Positions 55,435 to 64,000 of a stretch of 64,000 nt of DNA are shown one piece after another. A program made the translations under genes and the position numbers. The DNA is from Enterovirga sp. Lineage in GTDB: Bacteria > Pseudomonadota > Alphaproteobacteria > Rhizobiales > Beijerinckiaceae. How positions within the stretch are numbered: position 1 is the stretch's first letter; each line of letters starts with the position of its first letter. The DNA is taken from contig NZ_JAQGKF010000099.1 in the NCBI RefSeq assembly GCF_028290205.1, positions 10,496 through 74,495 on the forward strand, in the 5' to 3' direction. The notes beneath the pieces are model-generated. The model ran no database searches and was not told where the DNA came from. It was given only the letters and a program-made list of their open reading frames with translations.

Positions 55435-56484
55435 ATGCTGTTCAGCGTCCAAGCCGATACGGGATCTGCGATCACCGGCTACCTCGTGCCGGACAGCCAC
55501 TCGGCCCGTACCAGTGTGGTGGTGTCGAGCGACGGCGTGGAACTCCTCCGGATGGAGACGGCGGAGAGCCGCGACGCGCTTGTGCAGGCGGGGCGCCACG
55601 ATACGGGGCTGTGCGGCTTCACGGTGGACGAGGGCGTCGTGCCGGGCCTCGCGGGGCTCGCCGATGTCGAACTCCGGGAGGCCGAAAGCGGCATCCTGAT
55701 CTACCGCCGCTGCCCGCCCGAGGCCGTTCTCGAAAAGAAGCTGTTCCGGCTCGAGACCAACCTGTTGCCGCTGGCCAAGCTCGACCGGGCCATCCGGCCG
55801 GCCTTCCGGTTCCACTATCCCAGCATCGACCGGCACGGCCTCGAAACCACGCAGCAGATCTTCCTGCTCGAGAACCACGGCTCGCTCTATGCTAGCGGCC
55901 GCGTGACGCTCCGGTCCTATGAGGGCTACCTCGAGAAGGGCTATGCCTCGATCGCTCTGATTCAGGAGCCCTTCGACGAACTGGCCGAGCGCATTCTTGT
56001 GCTGCGGCTCATCGGGCAGGGGTTCAGCAGCTTCCTGGGGCCGCGGGACGCTTCGCTATTCGAGACCGCTGTGGCCCTCGCGACCGAGCTTCCGATCGAT
56101 GGGAGCCCCAAGGACATGCGCCGCGCCCTGCGGGGCATGCCGGAAAGTGCCGCCAACGCCCTGTCCAACCCGCTTGCCCGGCAGCTCACCACCCGGTCCC
56201 CCGGGGAGCAGCTGACCAGGACAGCCGTCAGCGCGAGCCTGACGGCGCTCGCCTCCTTCGAGCTGATTGGGCTGCGTGACCGCGCCGACGCTTTCGTCGA
56301 GACCCTGGCCGACATGCTCGCGATCGAGACGGACGCCCTGCCGGCCCTCGAGCCGATCGGGGCCGTGAAGCAGCTCGGTCAGCTGCTTCGGCAATGCCCG
56401 CCCGCCGAACTCCTGCTGGAACACGACCTCGCGTTGTATGAGCAGGTGCGAGGCGCCTTCAAAAAGTCCGGAATCGAGCCGTAG
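55435..56484 (+). CDS. capsule-locus hypothetical protein (possible degenerate sulfotransferase fold in C-terminal half)
   Basis: 349-aa ORF whose stop directly abuts the second kpsE; weak motifs IALIQEP..ELAER and SFELIG. Confidence 0.7.
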   Translation: MLFSVQADTGSAITGYLVPDSHSARTSVVVSSDGVELLRMETAESRDALVQAGRHDTGLCGFTVDEGVVPGLAGLADVELREAESGILIYRRCPPEAVLEKKLFRLETNLLPLAKLDRAIRPAFRFHYPSIDRHGLETTQQIFLLENHGSLYASGRVTLRSYEGYLEKGYASIALIQEPFDELAERILVLRLIGQGFSSFLGPRDASLFETAVALATELPIDGSPKDMRRALRGMPESAANALSNPLARQLTTRSPGEQLTRTAVSASLTALASFELIGLRDRADAFVETLADMLAIETDALPALEPIGAVKQLGQLLRQCPPAELLLEHDLALYEQVRGAFKKSGIEP

Positions 56485-57909
56485 ATGTCGTCCTCAACCG
56501 AGCGAGCGGGACGAACCGGCCGCCCGGTCTTTCTGGCTGGGTTGATGGCTGATTTGAGATCGCAGACAGCTTCTGACCGCGTCCTGGATGTCACCGGAGA
56601 GGTCATCGGACCGGCACCGGCCTCAGGCGGCCTGGTGGAACGGGGAGCAAGTGCGGCCCGGAGCGCGGCAGCCCGTCTGAGGGCCGGCAACCTGTTCCGG
56701 AACCGCCAGCAGGCGGTGGACGCGAAGGTCACCTACCTGCCGAGCGAGGACGTTCCGCAGCGCGAGCTGCCGATCCGCCGCATCACGTTCCTGGCCTTCG
56801 TCGTGCTGCCAGCCTTGCTGTCGCTGCTCTATTTTACCCTGCTGGCCACCGATCAGTACACGGCCGAGATGCGCTTCGTGATCCGTCAGGGCGGGCAGGA
56901 CGGGATCCGGTCCCTGCTGTCGGGGAGCACCGGGGGCGGGGGCGCGGCCAATGTCGGCGCCATGATGTCGTCGCTCGGCGGGGGCTCCTCGGCCAGCACG
57001 GCGACCGAGGACGGTCACATCGTCACGAGCTACATCCACAGCCGGGCGATGATCGACGACATCAGCAAGACCGTGGGCCTGCGGGAGCTCTTCGCCCGGC
57101 CTGAAATCGATTTCTATGCCAGGTTGCGGGATAACACCTCGGCGGACGACCTGCTCGCCTACTGGAACACGATGGTCGGCACGGGCATCGACGCGACCTC
57201 CGGGATCATCACCGTCACCGTGCGGGCCTTCCGTCCCGAAGACGCTGTTCTGGTGGCCAAGGCTATCCAGGACCTGTGCGAGAAGCTGATCAACGAGATT
57301 TCCGGGCGGGCGCGGCAGGACGCGCTCCGGCGTGCCACCGAGGAGGTGGCCCGGGCCCAGGCGATGATGACGGCGGCCATCGGCGAGATGGAGCGCTACC
57401 GCAACGAAGAGGGCATGATCGACCCGGTCCAGACCGCGACCGAGACCGGCAAGCTGCTGACCAAGGTGCTGACCGACCAACTCGCGGCAGAGGGCCAGCT
57501 CTTTGTCGCGTCCCGCTCGCTGGAGGCGGATTCGCCGACCGTCCGCAATCTGCGCAGCCGCGTCGACACGCTGCGGGCGCAGACCGCAGCGTTGCGGTCG
57601 CAACTGGCCGGCAACAGCGCCGAGAACCGCAACGTGGCTGGGGCGCTGGTCAAGTTCGAAGAGATCATGGTCAAGCAGAAGGTGGCCGAGAGCCTGTACT
57701 CGATGGCCGAATCCGGCCTCGACCGCGCGCGCCGGACGGCCGAGGCCCGTTCGACCTACCTGACCCCCTTCGTGCCGCCGAGCCTGCCGGAGGATCCGAG
57801 CTATCCGAAGCGCCTTCTCTTCCCGCTCGCCATCGGCGTGATCTGCCTGGTTCTGTGGAGCATCGTCACCCTGATCTGTGCCTCGGTGCAGGACCACCGA
57901 CTGCGCTGA
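56485..57909 (+). CDS. kpsE: second KpsE/CtrB-like capsule export protein (start may be downstream)
   Basis: TM + YTAEMRFVIR, V.SYIHSR, VRAFRPEDA, P.LPEDPSYPKR + TM. Confidence 0.85.
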   Translation: MSSSTERAGRTGRPVFLAGLMADLRSQTASDRVLDVTGEVIGPAPASGGLVERGASAARSAAARLRAGNLFRNRQQAVDAKVTYLPSEDVPQRELPIRRITFLAFVVLPALLSLLYFTLLATDQYTAEMRFVIRQGGQDGIRSLLSGSTGGGGAANVGAMMSSLGGGSSASTATEDGHIVTSYIHSRAMIDDISKTVGLRELFARPEIDFYARLRDNTSADDLLAYWNTMVGTGIDATSGIITVTVRAFRPEDAVLVAKAIQDLCEKLINEISGRARQDALRRATEEVARAQAMMTAAIGEMERYRNEEGMIDPVQTATETGKLLTKVLTDQLAAEGQLFVASRSLEADSPTVRNLRSRVDTLRAQTAALRSQLAGNSAENRNVAGALVKFEEIMVKQKVAESLYSMAESGLDRARRTAEARSTYLTPFVPPSLPEDPSYPKRLLFPLAIGVICLVLWSIVTLICASVQDHRLR

Positions 57910-57917
57910 GCCAGCCC

Positions 57918-58829
57918 GTGACCCCGGCTTGGCTGGGCAGCCTGCCGCGATCGCAGACGGCCCGCGGCATCGGGCTGATGCTGCTCGGCATTCTGATCTT
58001 TTCGCTGAACGACGTGCTGGGGAAGTGGCTGGTCGCGACCTATTCGGTCGGGCAGGTGCTGCTGTTTCGGAGCCTGGCGGCGCTGCTGCTGCTCCTGCCC
58101 TTCCTGGTCCGGGCCGGCGCCTGGCGGATCACGGCCGGCGGGCGGCCGGGGTTGCAGGCCTTGCGGGCCGTGCTGTCCACCGCCGAGGTGCTGCTGTTCT
58201 ACTGGGCGGTGGTGTACCTGCCGCTCGCGGACGCCATGACGTTCTGGCTCGCCGCCCCGATCTATGTCGCCGCGCTGTCGCCCGTGCTGCTGGGCGACCG
58301 CATCGGCTGGCGCCGGTGGGCGGCGATCGGGGTCGGTTTCGGCGGTGTGCTCGTGGCCCTGCAGCCGTCGGCCGCGACCCTGACCTGGCCGGCTGCCATC
58401 GCAATGGCCGGCAGCGTGGCCTTTGCCCTGATGATGGTGACGGGCCGCCTCCTCAAGGACGTGCCGGACGTGACACTGGTGTTCTGGCAGACGGCGGGAG
58501 CTCTGGCAGCCGGAATCGTCACGGCGCCGCTCGGCTGGGTGACCCCGACGGGGCCCGACCTCGCTTTGCTGTCGCTGCTTGGCGTCGTGGCGCTGGCCGC
58601 GCATCTGTGCGTGAACCGCTCCCTCAAGCTTGCCGATGCCGCCACCGTGACGCCGTTCCAATACACGCTGCTGCTCTGGGCCGTGCTGTTCGGGTTCGTG
58701 GTGTTCGGGGACGTGCCGCGTCCGTCCATGCTCGTCGGGGCCGCGGTCATCGTGCTGGCCGGCCTCTTCATCCTGTTCCGGGAGAGCCGGCGTCGCGCGC
58801 CGTCGCCCCCGGTGGCGACCGGACTCTGA
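57918..58829 (+). CDS. DMT/EamA family transporter
   Basis: GTG 57918; ten TM-like segments; LGDRIGWRRW, PFQYTLLLWA. Confidence 0.9.
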   Translation: MTPAWLGSLPRSQTARGIGLMLLGILIFSLNDVLGKWLVATYSVGQVLLFRSLAALLLLLPFLVRAGAWRITAGGRPGLQALRAVLSTAEVLLFYWAVVYLPLADAMTFWLAAPIYVAALSPVLLGDRIGWRRWAAIGVGFGGVLVALQPSAATLTWPAAIAMAGSVAFALMMVTGRLLKDVPDVTLVFWQTAGALAAGIVTAPLGWVTPTGPDLALLSLLGVVALAAHLCVNRSLKLADAATVTPFQYTLLLWAVLFGFVVFGDVPRPSMLVGAAVIVLAGLFILFRESRRRAPSPPVATGL

Positions 58830-59220
58830 TCCGGCTCCGCCTGCCGCCCTGGCGGGACGGCGGGAGCCCGCGCCGGCCCCGCCCGCCTTCACAATGTGTC
58901 CGCAATCAAACAAATGGCCGCGAAGATCAGGCGCGCGGCACCGCCCCCCATGGGCGAAGTCAGCTCAAGCTGTCCTGAGATGTGCTGCGCACATGGCTCG
59001 TCCAATCGGCGTCCGCGCGCGCTGCTTGACCCTGGAATTCCGTTCTGTACGGGTACAAAGCTTGCTGCGGCGCTCGTCGGGTTGGGGGCGCGTCATTCAT
59101 CAGGGCCGCAATTGTGGGTCGGCCTCCATGGTCGAGGCTGGGCCGGTGTCTTAGAGGGGTTGAGTTGACAGGCGATCAGGACACTCCGCTGAAACGGCCG
59201 GTTTTCACCAGTCGCATTGG

Positions 59221-60315
59221 GTGCGGACGTTGAAGCGCAAGGTTCGGGTCGGCCTCGTCGGAGTCGGCAACTGCGCCTCGTCCTTCGTCCAGGGGCTGAC
59301 CTACTACGCGGGCGCGGCCTCGAACGAGCCCGTACCCGGCCTGATGAACGTCGACCTCGGCGGATACCATGTCGGCGACATCGAGATCTCGGCGGCGTTC
59401 GACGTCAGCGCCCGCAAGGTCGGCCTCGACGTATCCGAGGCGATTTTTGCGCCGCTGAACAACACGCACAAATTCTCCGATGTCGGGCCGTCCGGGGTCC
59501 AGGTGCAGCGAGGGCCGACGCTCGACGGCATCGGCCGCTACCTTCAGGATCGGATCGAGGAATCCGACGCGCCGGTCGCGAACGTCGCCGACGTGCTGCT
59601 CGCGACCAAGACCGACATCCTGGTCTCCTACCTGCCGGTCGGGTCGCAGCAGGCGACCGAGTTCTATGCCGAACAGGCGATCGCGGCCGGATGCGGGTTC
59701 GTGAACTGCATCCCGGTCTTTATCGCCTCCGACCCGGCCTGGCGGCGCCGGTTCGAGCAGCGCGGGCTGCCCATCATCGGGGACGACATCAAGAGCCAGG
59801 TGGGCGCCACCATCGTCCACCGGACGCTGGCCAATCTGTTCCGGGACCGGGGCGTGCGGCTCGACCGCACCTACCAGCTCAATTTCGGCGGCAATTCCGA
59901 CTTCCAGAACATGCTGGAGCGCGAGCGGCTGGAATCGAAGAAGATCTCCAAGACCCAGGCCGTCACGAGCCAGCTCGACATCCCGCTCGGCCCCGATCAG
60001 ATCCATGTCGGGCCGAGCGACTACGTGCCCTGGCTGACCGACCGCAAATGGGCCCATATCCGGCTCGAAGGCACGACCTTCGGCGGCGTGCCGCTGAACG
60101 TCGAGCTCAAGCTCGAGGTGTGGGATTCGCCGAATTCGGCCGGCGTGGTTATCGACGCGGTCCGCTGCGCCAAGCTCGCGCTCGATCGCGGCATCGCCGG
60201 GGCTCTGGTCGGACCCTCGAGCTACTTCATGAAGTCGCCGCCGCGGCAATTCACCGACGACGAGGCGCGTGAGCGCTGTCGGGCCTTCGTGGACGGGAGC
60301 GCGCCGGGTGAGTGA
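59221..60315 (+). CDS. ino1: myo-inositol-1-phosphate synthase (bacterial type)
   Basis: [43 protein letters not shown]. Confidence 0.95.
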   Translation: MRTLKRKVRVGLVGVGNCASSFVQGLTYYAGAASNEPVPGLMNVDLGGYHVGDIEISAAFDVSARKVGLDVSEAIFAPLNNTHKFSDVGPSGVQVQRGPTLDGIGRYLQDRIEESDAPVANVADVLLATKTDILVSYLPVGSQQATEFYAEQAIAAGCGFVNCIPVFIASDPAWRRRFEQRGLPIIGDDIKSQVGATIVHRTLANLFRDRGVRLDRTYQLNFGGNSDFQNMLERERLESKKISKTQAVTSQLDIPLGPDQIHVGPSDYVPWLTDRKWAHIRLEGTTFGGVPLNVELKLEVWDSPNSAGVVIDAVRCAKLALDRGIAGALVGPSSYFMKSPPRQFTDDEARERCRAFVDGSAPGE

Positions 60316-60913
60316 GGCGGCCACCACCGTCTTTCTGGTCCGGCACGGCGCGCACGATCTGCTCGGCCGCATCGTGGCCGGCCGGATGGAGGGGGTCGCG
60401 CTCAATCCGGAAGGGCGGGCCCAGGCTGCCCGTGCCGCCGCGCGGCTCGCCCGCGAACGCATCGGCGCCCTGTACGCCAGTCCGGTGCAGCGGGCGCGGG
60501 AGACGGCGGGCCCGATCGCGGCCGCGCTCGCTCTGCCGGTCGGCGAGGCGCCCGGTCTGACCGAACTCGATTACGGAAGCTGGACGGGGCGGGACCTCGC
60601 CGGGCTTGATGACGACCCGCGCTGGTCCGACTGGAACCACCGCCGCGCCAACACCCGCATTCCGGACGGGGAGAGCATGGCCGAGGTGTCCGCTCGCGGC
60701 GCCCAGGCGATCGAGGGCTGGCGCCGGTCCCATCCTGGCGAGGGCGTTGCCGCGACCACGCATGGCGACGTCATCAAGGCCGTGGTCTGCGGCCTGATCG
60801 GCCTCTCCTTCGACCGGGTGCACGATTTCGAGGTCGGGCCCGGCTCCGTGACCAGCCTCGTGGTCTGGCAGGGCGGCGGCAAGCTTCTGACCCTGAACGA
60901 GATCCCGGCGTGA
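60308..60913 (+). CDS. histidine phosphatase family protein
   Basis: [30 protein letters not shown]. Confidence 0.9.
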   Translation: MSEAATTVFLVRHGAHDLLGRIVAGRMEGVALNPEGRAQAARAAARLARERIGALYASPVQRARETAGPIAAALALPVGEAPGLTELDYGSWTGRDLAGLDDDPRWSDWNHRRANTRIPDGESMAEVSARGAQAIEGWRRSHPGEGVAATTHGDVIKAVVCGLIGLSFDRVHDFEVGPGSVTSLVVWQGGGKLLTLNEIPA

Positions 60914-62004
60914 AGATCGTCGTCTTCGGCCTGACCGTGTCGTCTTCGTGGGGCAACGGCCACGCCACGCTCTGGCGCGGGCTGGCCGGCGCGCTCGCCC
61001 GGCGCGGGCACCACGTCGTGTTCTACGAAAAGGACACGCAATGGTACGCGGCCGCGCGCGACCTCCACGACTGGCAGGCCGGCGAACTCGTGATCTATCC
61101 CGACTGGGCCGACATCGCCGGCCGCGCCGCCGATGACATCGCCTCGGCCGACGTCGCCATGGTGACGTCGTACTGCCCGGACGCGATCCGGGCCACCGAA
61201 GCGGTCCTCGGAGCCTCCCGCGCCACCCGGATCTTCTACGACCTCGACACGCCGGTCACCCTGTCGCGCCTCGCTCAGGGCGTCGATTACATCGGGCCGG
61301 ACGGTCTCGGCGGGTTCGACCTCGTGCTCAGCTACACGGGCGGGCGGGCGCTGGACGACCTCCGGCTCCGCCTCGGCGCGCGCCGCGTCGCGCCGCTCTA
61401 CGGCCATGTCGATCCGGCCGTGCACCGCCCGACCCAGCCGAGCGAGCGCTTCCGGGCCGATCTGTCCTATCTCGGCACCTATGCGGCCGACCGACAGGCG
61501 GCGCTCGAACAGCTGTTCATCGCGCCGGCCCGCGAGCTGCCGGATCGCCGCTTCCTGATCGGCGGGGCCCAGTATCCGCAGAACTTCCCCTGGACCGAGA
61601 ACATCTTCTTTGTCCGGCACCTGCCGCCGGCCGAGCATCCGGCCTTCTTTTCGTCCGGCCGCCTCACGCTCAACGTCACCCGCGAGGCGATGGCCGCCAT
61701 GGGCTGGTGCCCGTCCGGCCGGCTGTTCGAGGCTGCGGCCTGCGGCGCGCCGATCCTGACCGACAGCTGGGAGGGTCTCGAGAGCTTCTTCGCGCCCGGT
61801 CGCGAGATCCTGGTCGCGTCCACGACCGCGCAGGCGGTCGACGCGCTGGCGCTCGGCGATGCCGAACTCGCCCGCATCGCAGCGGCCGCCCGCGAGCGGG
61901 TGCTGGCGGAACACACCTCCGACCGCCGGGCCGTCGATTTCGAGAATGCGCTGGACCTCGTCCGCGCGCCCGCCCGCCGTGATTTCGCTTCGGCCGGAGC
62001 CTGA
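60910..62004 (+). CDS. CgeB-like glycosyltransferase
   Basis: SSWGNGHAT.WRGL, YDLDTPVT, LSYLGTY..DR, RLFEAAACG. Confidence 0.88.
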   Translation: MKIVVFGLTVSSSWGNGHATLWRGLAGALARRGHHVVFYEKDTQWYAAARDLHDWQAGELVIYPDWADIAGRAADDIASADVAMVTSYCPDAIRATEAVLGASRATRIFYDLDTPVTLSRLAQGVDYIGPDGLGGFDLVLSYTGGRALDDLRLRLGARRVAPLYGHVDPAVHRPTQPSERFRADLSYLGTYAADRQAALEQLFIAPARELPDRRFLIGGAQYPQNFPWTENIFFVRHLPPAEHPAFFSSGRLTLNVTREAMAAMGWCPSGRLFEAAACGAPILTDSWEGLESFFAPGREILVASTTAQAVDALALGDAELARIAAAARERVLAEHTSDRRAVDFENALDLVRAPARRDFASAGA

Positions 62005-62006
62005 CC

Positions 62007-62810
62007 ATGTGGGGCATCGTACCGGCCGCCGGTCGCGGCAGCCGCATCCAGCCCCTCGCCTTTTCCAAGGAACTCCTGCCGGTCGGCTCACGCCTCGAGG
62101 ACGGGGTGGAACGCCCCTGCGCCGTGAGTGAATACCTGGTCGAACGGATGATCCGGGGCGGGGCCAGCAAGATCTGCTTCGTGATCTCGCCCGGCAAGTC
62201 GGACATCCTCGCCTATTACGGCGCGGGCTACCGGGACGCGGCCTTCGCCTATGTGGTGCAGCCGCGGGCGGCCGGGCTCTGTGACGCGATCTTCCGGGCC
62301 GCGCCCCTGATCGCGCCGGACGAGCCCGTGATGGTCGGCCTGCCCGATACCGTGTGGTTTCCGGACGATGCGCTGGCCCGCCTGCCCGACGACCAGCTGT
62401 CGTTCCTGCTCTTCCCCGTCGACAACCCGGCTCAGTTCGATGCCGTGGTGCAGGACGAAACCGGCCGCGTCTTGGAGATCCAGGTGAAGCGGCCGGACGC
62501 GCGGTCGAACTGGATCTGGGGCGCGTTCAAGATGCCCGGACGCGTCCTGCACGAGCTCGTCGCCCTTTGGCACGAGCGCAACCGGGAGGACGAGTACATC
62601 GGTACCTTGGTGAATGCCTATCTGGCCGCCGGCGGCCGCGCCGTGGGCGTCCGGGCCGGCGAAAGCTATGTCGATGTCGGCACGCTCGGCGGGTATCGCT
62701 CGGCCGTCACCCTGCTGGGCGAAGCCGGCGCGGGCCGTTTCGGCTCGGGCGCGCATGTCGGCCTCGCCCGGCCCGACGGACAGCGCGGGGACCCGGAGCC
62801 TACGCGATGA
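62007..62810 (+). CDS. sugar-phosphate nucleotidyltransferase
   Basis: GIVPAAGRGSR...KELLPV, GLPDTVWFP, YVDVGT. Confidence 0.9.
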   Translation: MWGIVPAAGRGSRIQPLAFSKELLPVGSRLEDGVERPCAVSEYLVERMIRGGASKICFVISPGKSDILAYYGAGYRDAAFAYVVQPRAAGLCDAIFRAAPLIAPDEPVMVGLPDTVWFPDDALARLPDDQLSFLLFPVDNPAQFDAVVQDETGRVLEIQVKRPDARSNWIWGAFKMPGRVLHELVALWHERNREDEYIGTLVNAYLAAGGRAVGVRAGESYVDVGTLGGYRSAVTLLGEAGAGRFGSGAHVGLARPDGQRGDPEPTR

Positions 62811-63583
62811 ACCAGCCTCTTCCGGCTGAGGAGATCCGGCGGCGGGCCGAACAGCTCGGCCCGTGGTTCCACAACATCGACCTCGGCGGCGTCTGGACCG
62901 CGCCGGGGCATTTCCTCGGCGATTATCCGAACGTGAAGTTCCAGGGCTTCGCGCACGTGCTGCCGGCCGATCTCACCGGCAAGTCGGTGCTCGACATCGG
63001 CTGCAACGGCGGCTTCTACGCGATGGAGATGAAGCGGCGGGGCGCGGCCCGCGTGCTGGGCATCGATTTCGACGAGGATTACCTCGCCCAGGCCCGCTTC
63101 GCGGCCGAAGTAAAGGGCTACGACATCGAGTTCGCGCAGCTCTCCGTCTACGACGTGGCCGCGCTGGGTGAGCGCTTCGACCTCGTGGTCTTCATGGGCG
63201 TGCTCTACCACCTGCGCCACCCGCTGCTCGCGCTCGACCTGATCCACGAACACGTGGCCGGCGATCTCCTCCTGTTCCAGTCCATGCAGCGCGGCTCGGC
63301 CGAGATCGACGCCGTGCCCGAGGATGCCGACTTCTTCGACCAGGCGATGTTCGACCGGCCCGGCTATCCCAGGATGCACTTCATCGAGAAGAGCTACGCG
63401 GGCGACCCCACCAATTGGTGGGCGCCCAACGCTGCCTGCTCGGCCGCCATGCTGCGCTCGGCCGGGTTCGAGATTCTGGAGCACCCCGAGAGCGAGGTGT
63501 TCCTGTGCCGGCGCACCGAGATCGAGACGCCGCCCTGGTCGGGGCCCGTCTATCCGGCCCGGGGAAAGGAGACCGTCCGATGA
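62807..63583 (+). CDS. TIGR04290-family SAM-dependent methyltransferase
   Basis: LGPWFHNIDL...HFLGDYP, VLDIGCNGGFY, MGVLYHLRHP, NWWAPN. Confidence 0.88.
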   Translation: MNQPLPAEEIRRRAEQLGPWFHNIDLGGVWTAPGHFLGDYPNVKFQGFAHVLPADLTGKSVLDIGCNGGFYAMEMKRRGAARVLGIDFDEDYLAQARFAAEVKGYDIEFAQLSVYDVAALGERFDLVVFMGVLYHLRHPLLALDLIHEHVAGDLLLFQSMQRGSAEIDAVPEDADFFDQAMFDRPGYPRMHFIEKSYAGDPTNWWAPNAACSAAMLRSAGFEILEHPESEVFLCRRTEIETPPWSGPVYPARGKETVR

Positions 63584-64000
63584 TCGAAGCCGCGATGATC
63601 TGGAACGAGCCGAACAACAAGTCGCATTGGGACCCGGCCGTCGACCCCGACTGGACCAAGTTCGCCGCGATGGCCAAGCTCGCCGGGCAGGCCATCCGGG
63701 CCGAGAACGCCACCCTGCCGCGGGTGCTGGGCGGCATGTCGCCGATCGACCCCTCCTTCGTGAACCGGCTCGCCGGCTACGGGCTGATGGACCATGTCGA
63801 CGCGCTGGCCGTGCACGGCTTCCCGCTCGACTGGAACCTGTGGTCGATCCACGACTGGCCCGCCAAGCTGGACGAGATCCGGGCCGTCACGGACAAGCCG
63901 ATCTGGGTGTCCGAGGTCGGCATCTCGACCTTCGGGGCGGAGGAGGTCCAGCTCTGGGGCCTGCGCCGCACGGCCGAGCTGCTGCGCGGCCGCGCCCCCC
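63580..64000 (+). CDS. glycoside hydrolase (beta-xylosidase-like, clan GH-A), 3'-truncated by window edge
   Basis: IWNEPNN (acid/base), HGFPLDW, W.SEVG (nucleophile). Confidence 0.82.
   Translation, partial: MIEAAMIWNEPNNKSHWDPAVDPDWTKFAAMAKLAGQAIRAENATLPRVLGGMSPIDPSFVNRLAGYGLMDHVDALAVHGFPLDWNLWSIHDWPAKLDEIRAVTDKPIWVSEVGISTFGAEEVQLWGLRRTAELLRGRAP

Noticed and set aside
58830-59220. Short ORFs and ECF-type promoter upstream of ino1
   Set aside because: The 86-90 aa ORFs lack coding bias, and no GGAAC...CGTT with acceptable spacing was found.

Overview
High-GC alphaproteobacterial chromosome segment (Hyphomicrobiales, probably Methylobacteriaceae-like; inferred from gene content, not from a database search). 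It is mostly housekeeping and nutrient-scavenging genes: NitT/TauT, peptide-type and Fe3+ ABC systems, amidase and amidohydrolases, OpgG/D, ornithine decarboxylase behind a speF-type leader, hisD operon, SorT-type sulfite dehydrogenase with two cytochromes c, HtpG, dihydropyrimidinase, PolA, a capsule-export locus, and the start of an inositol-phosphate/glycosyltransferase/TIGR04290 cluster. There is one canonical tRNA-Arg(ACG). I saw no transposase, integrase, rRNA or CRISPR array. The strongest leads are: (1) an operon of a Tat-exported 847-aa orphan protein, a LodB/GoxB-like flavoprotein and a small Cys-rich secreted protein, where the orphan has a D-x3-C...W-P segment resembling the CTQ cofactor site of LodA/GoxA quinoprotein oxidases (40533-44453); (2) a non-canonical tRNA-Cys-like RNA with a 13-bp acceptor/T stack, 6-nt anticodon loop and its own promoter (32455-32531); (3) an unannotated ~70-nt structured sRNA with promoter and terminator (28434-28504); (4) a PolA with apparently degenerate proofreading motifs. 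All family calls come from motif recognition by eye; no searches were run.
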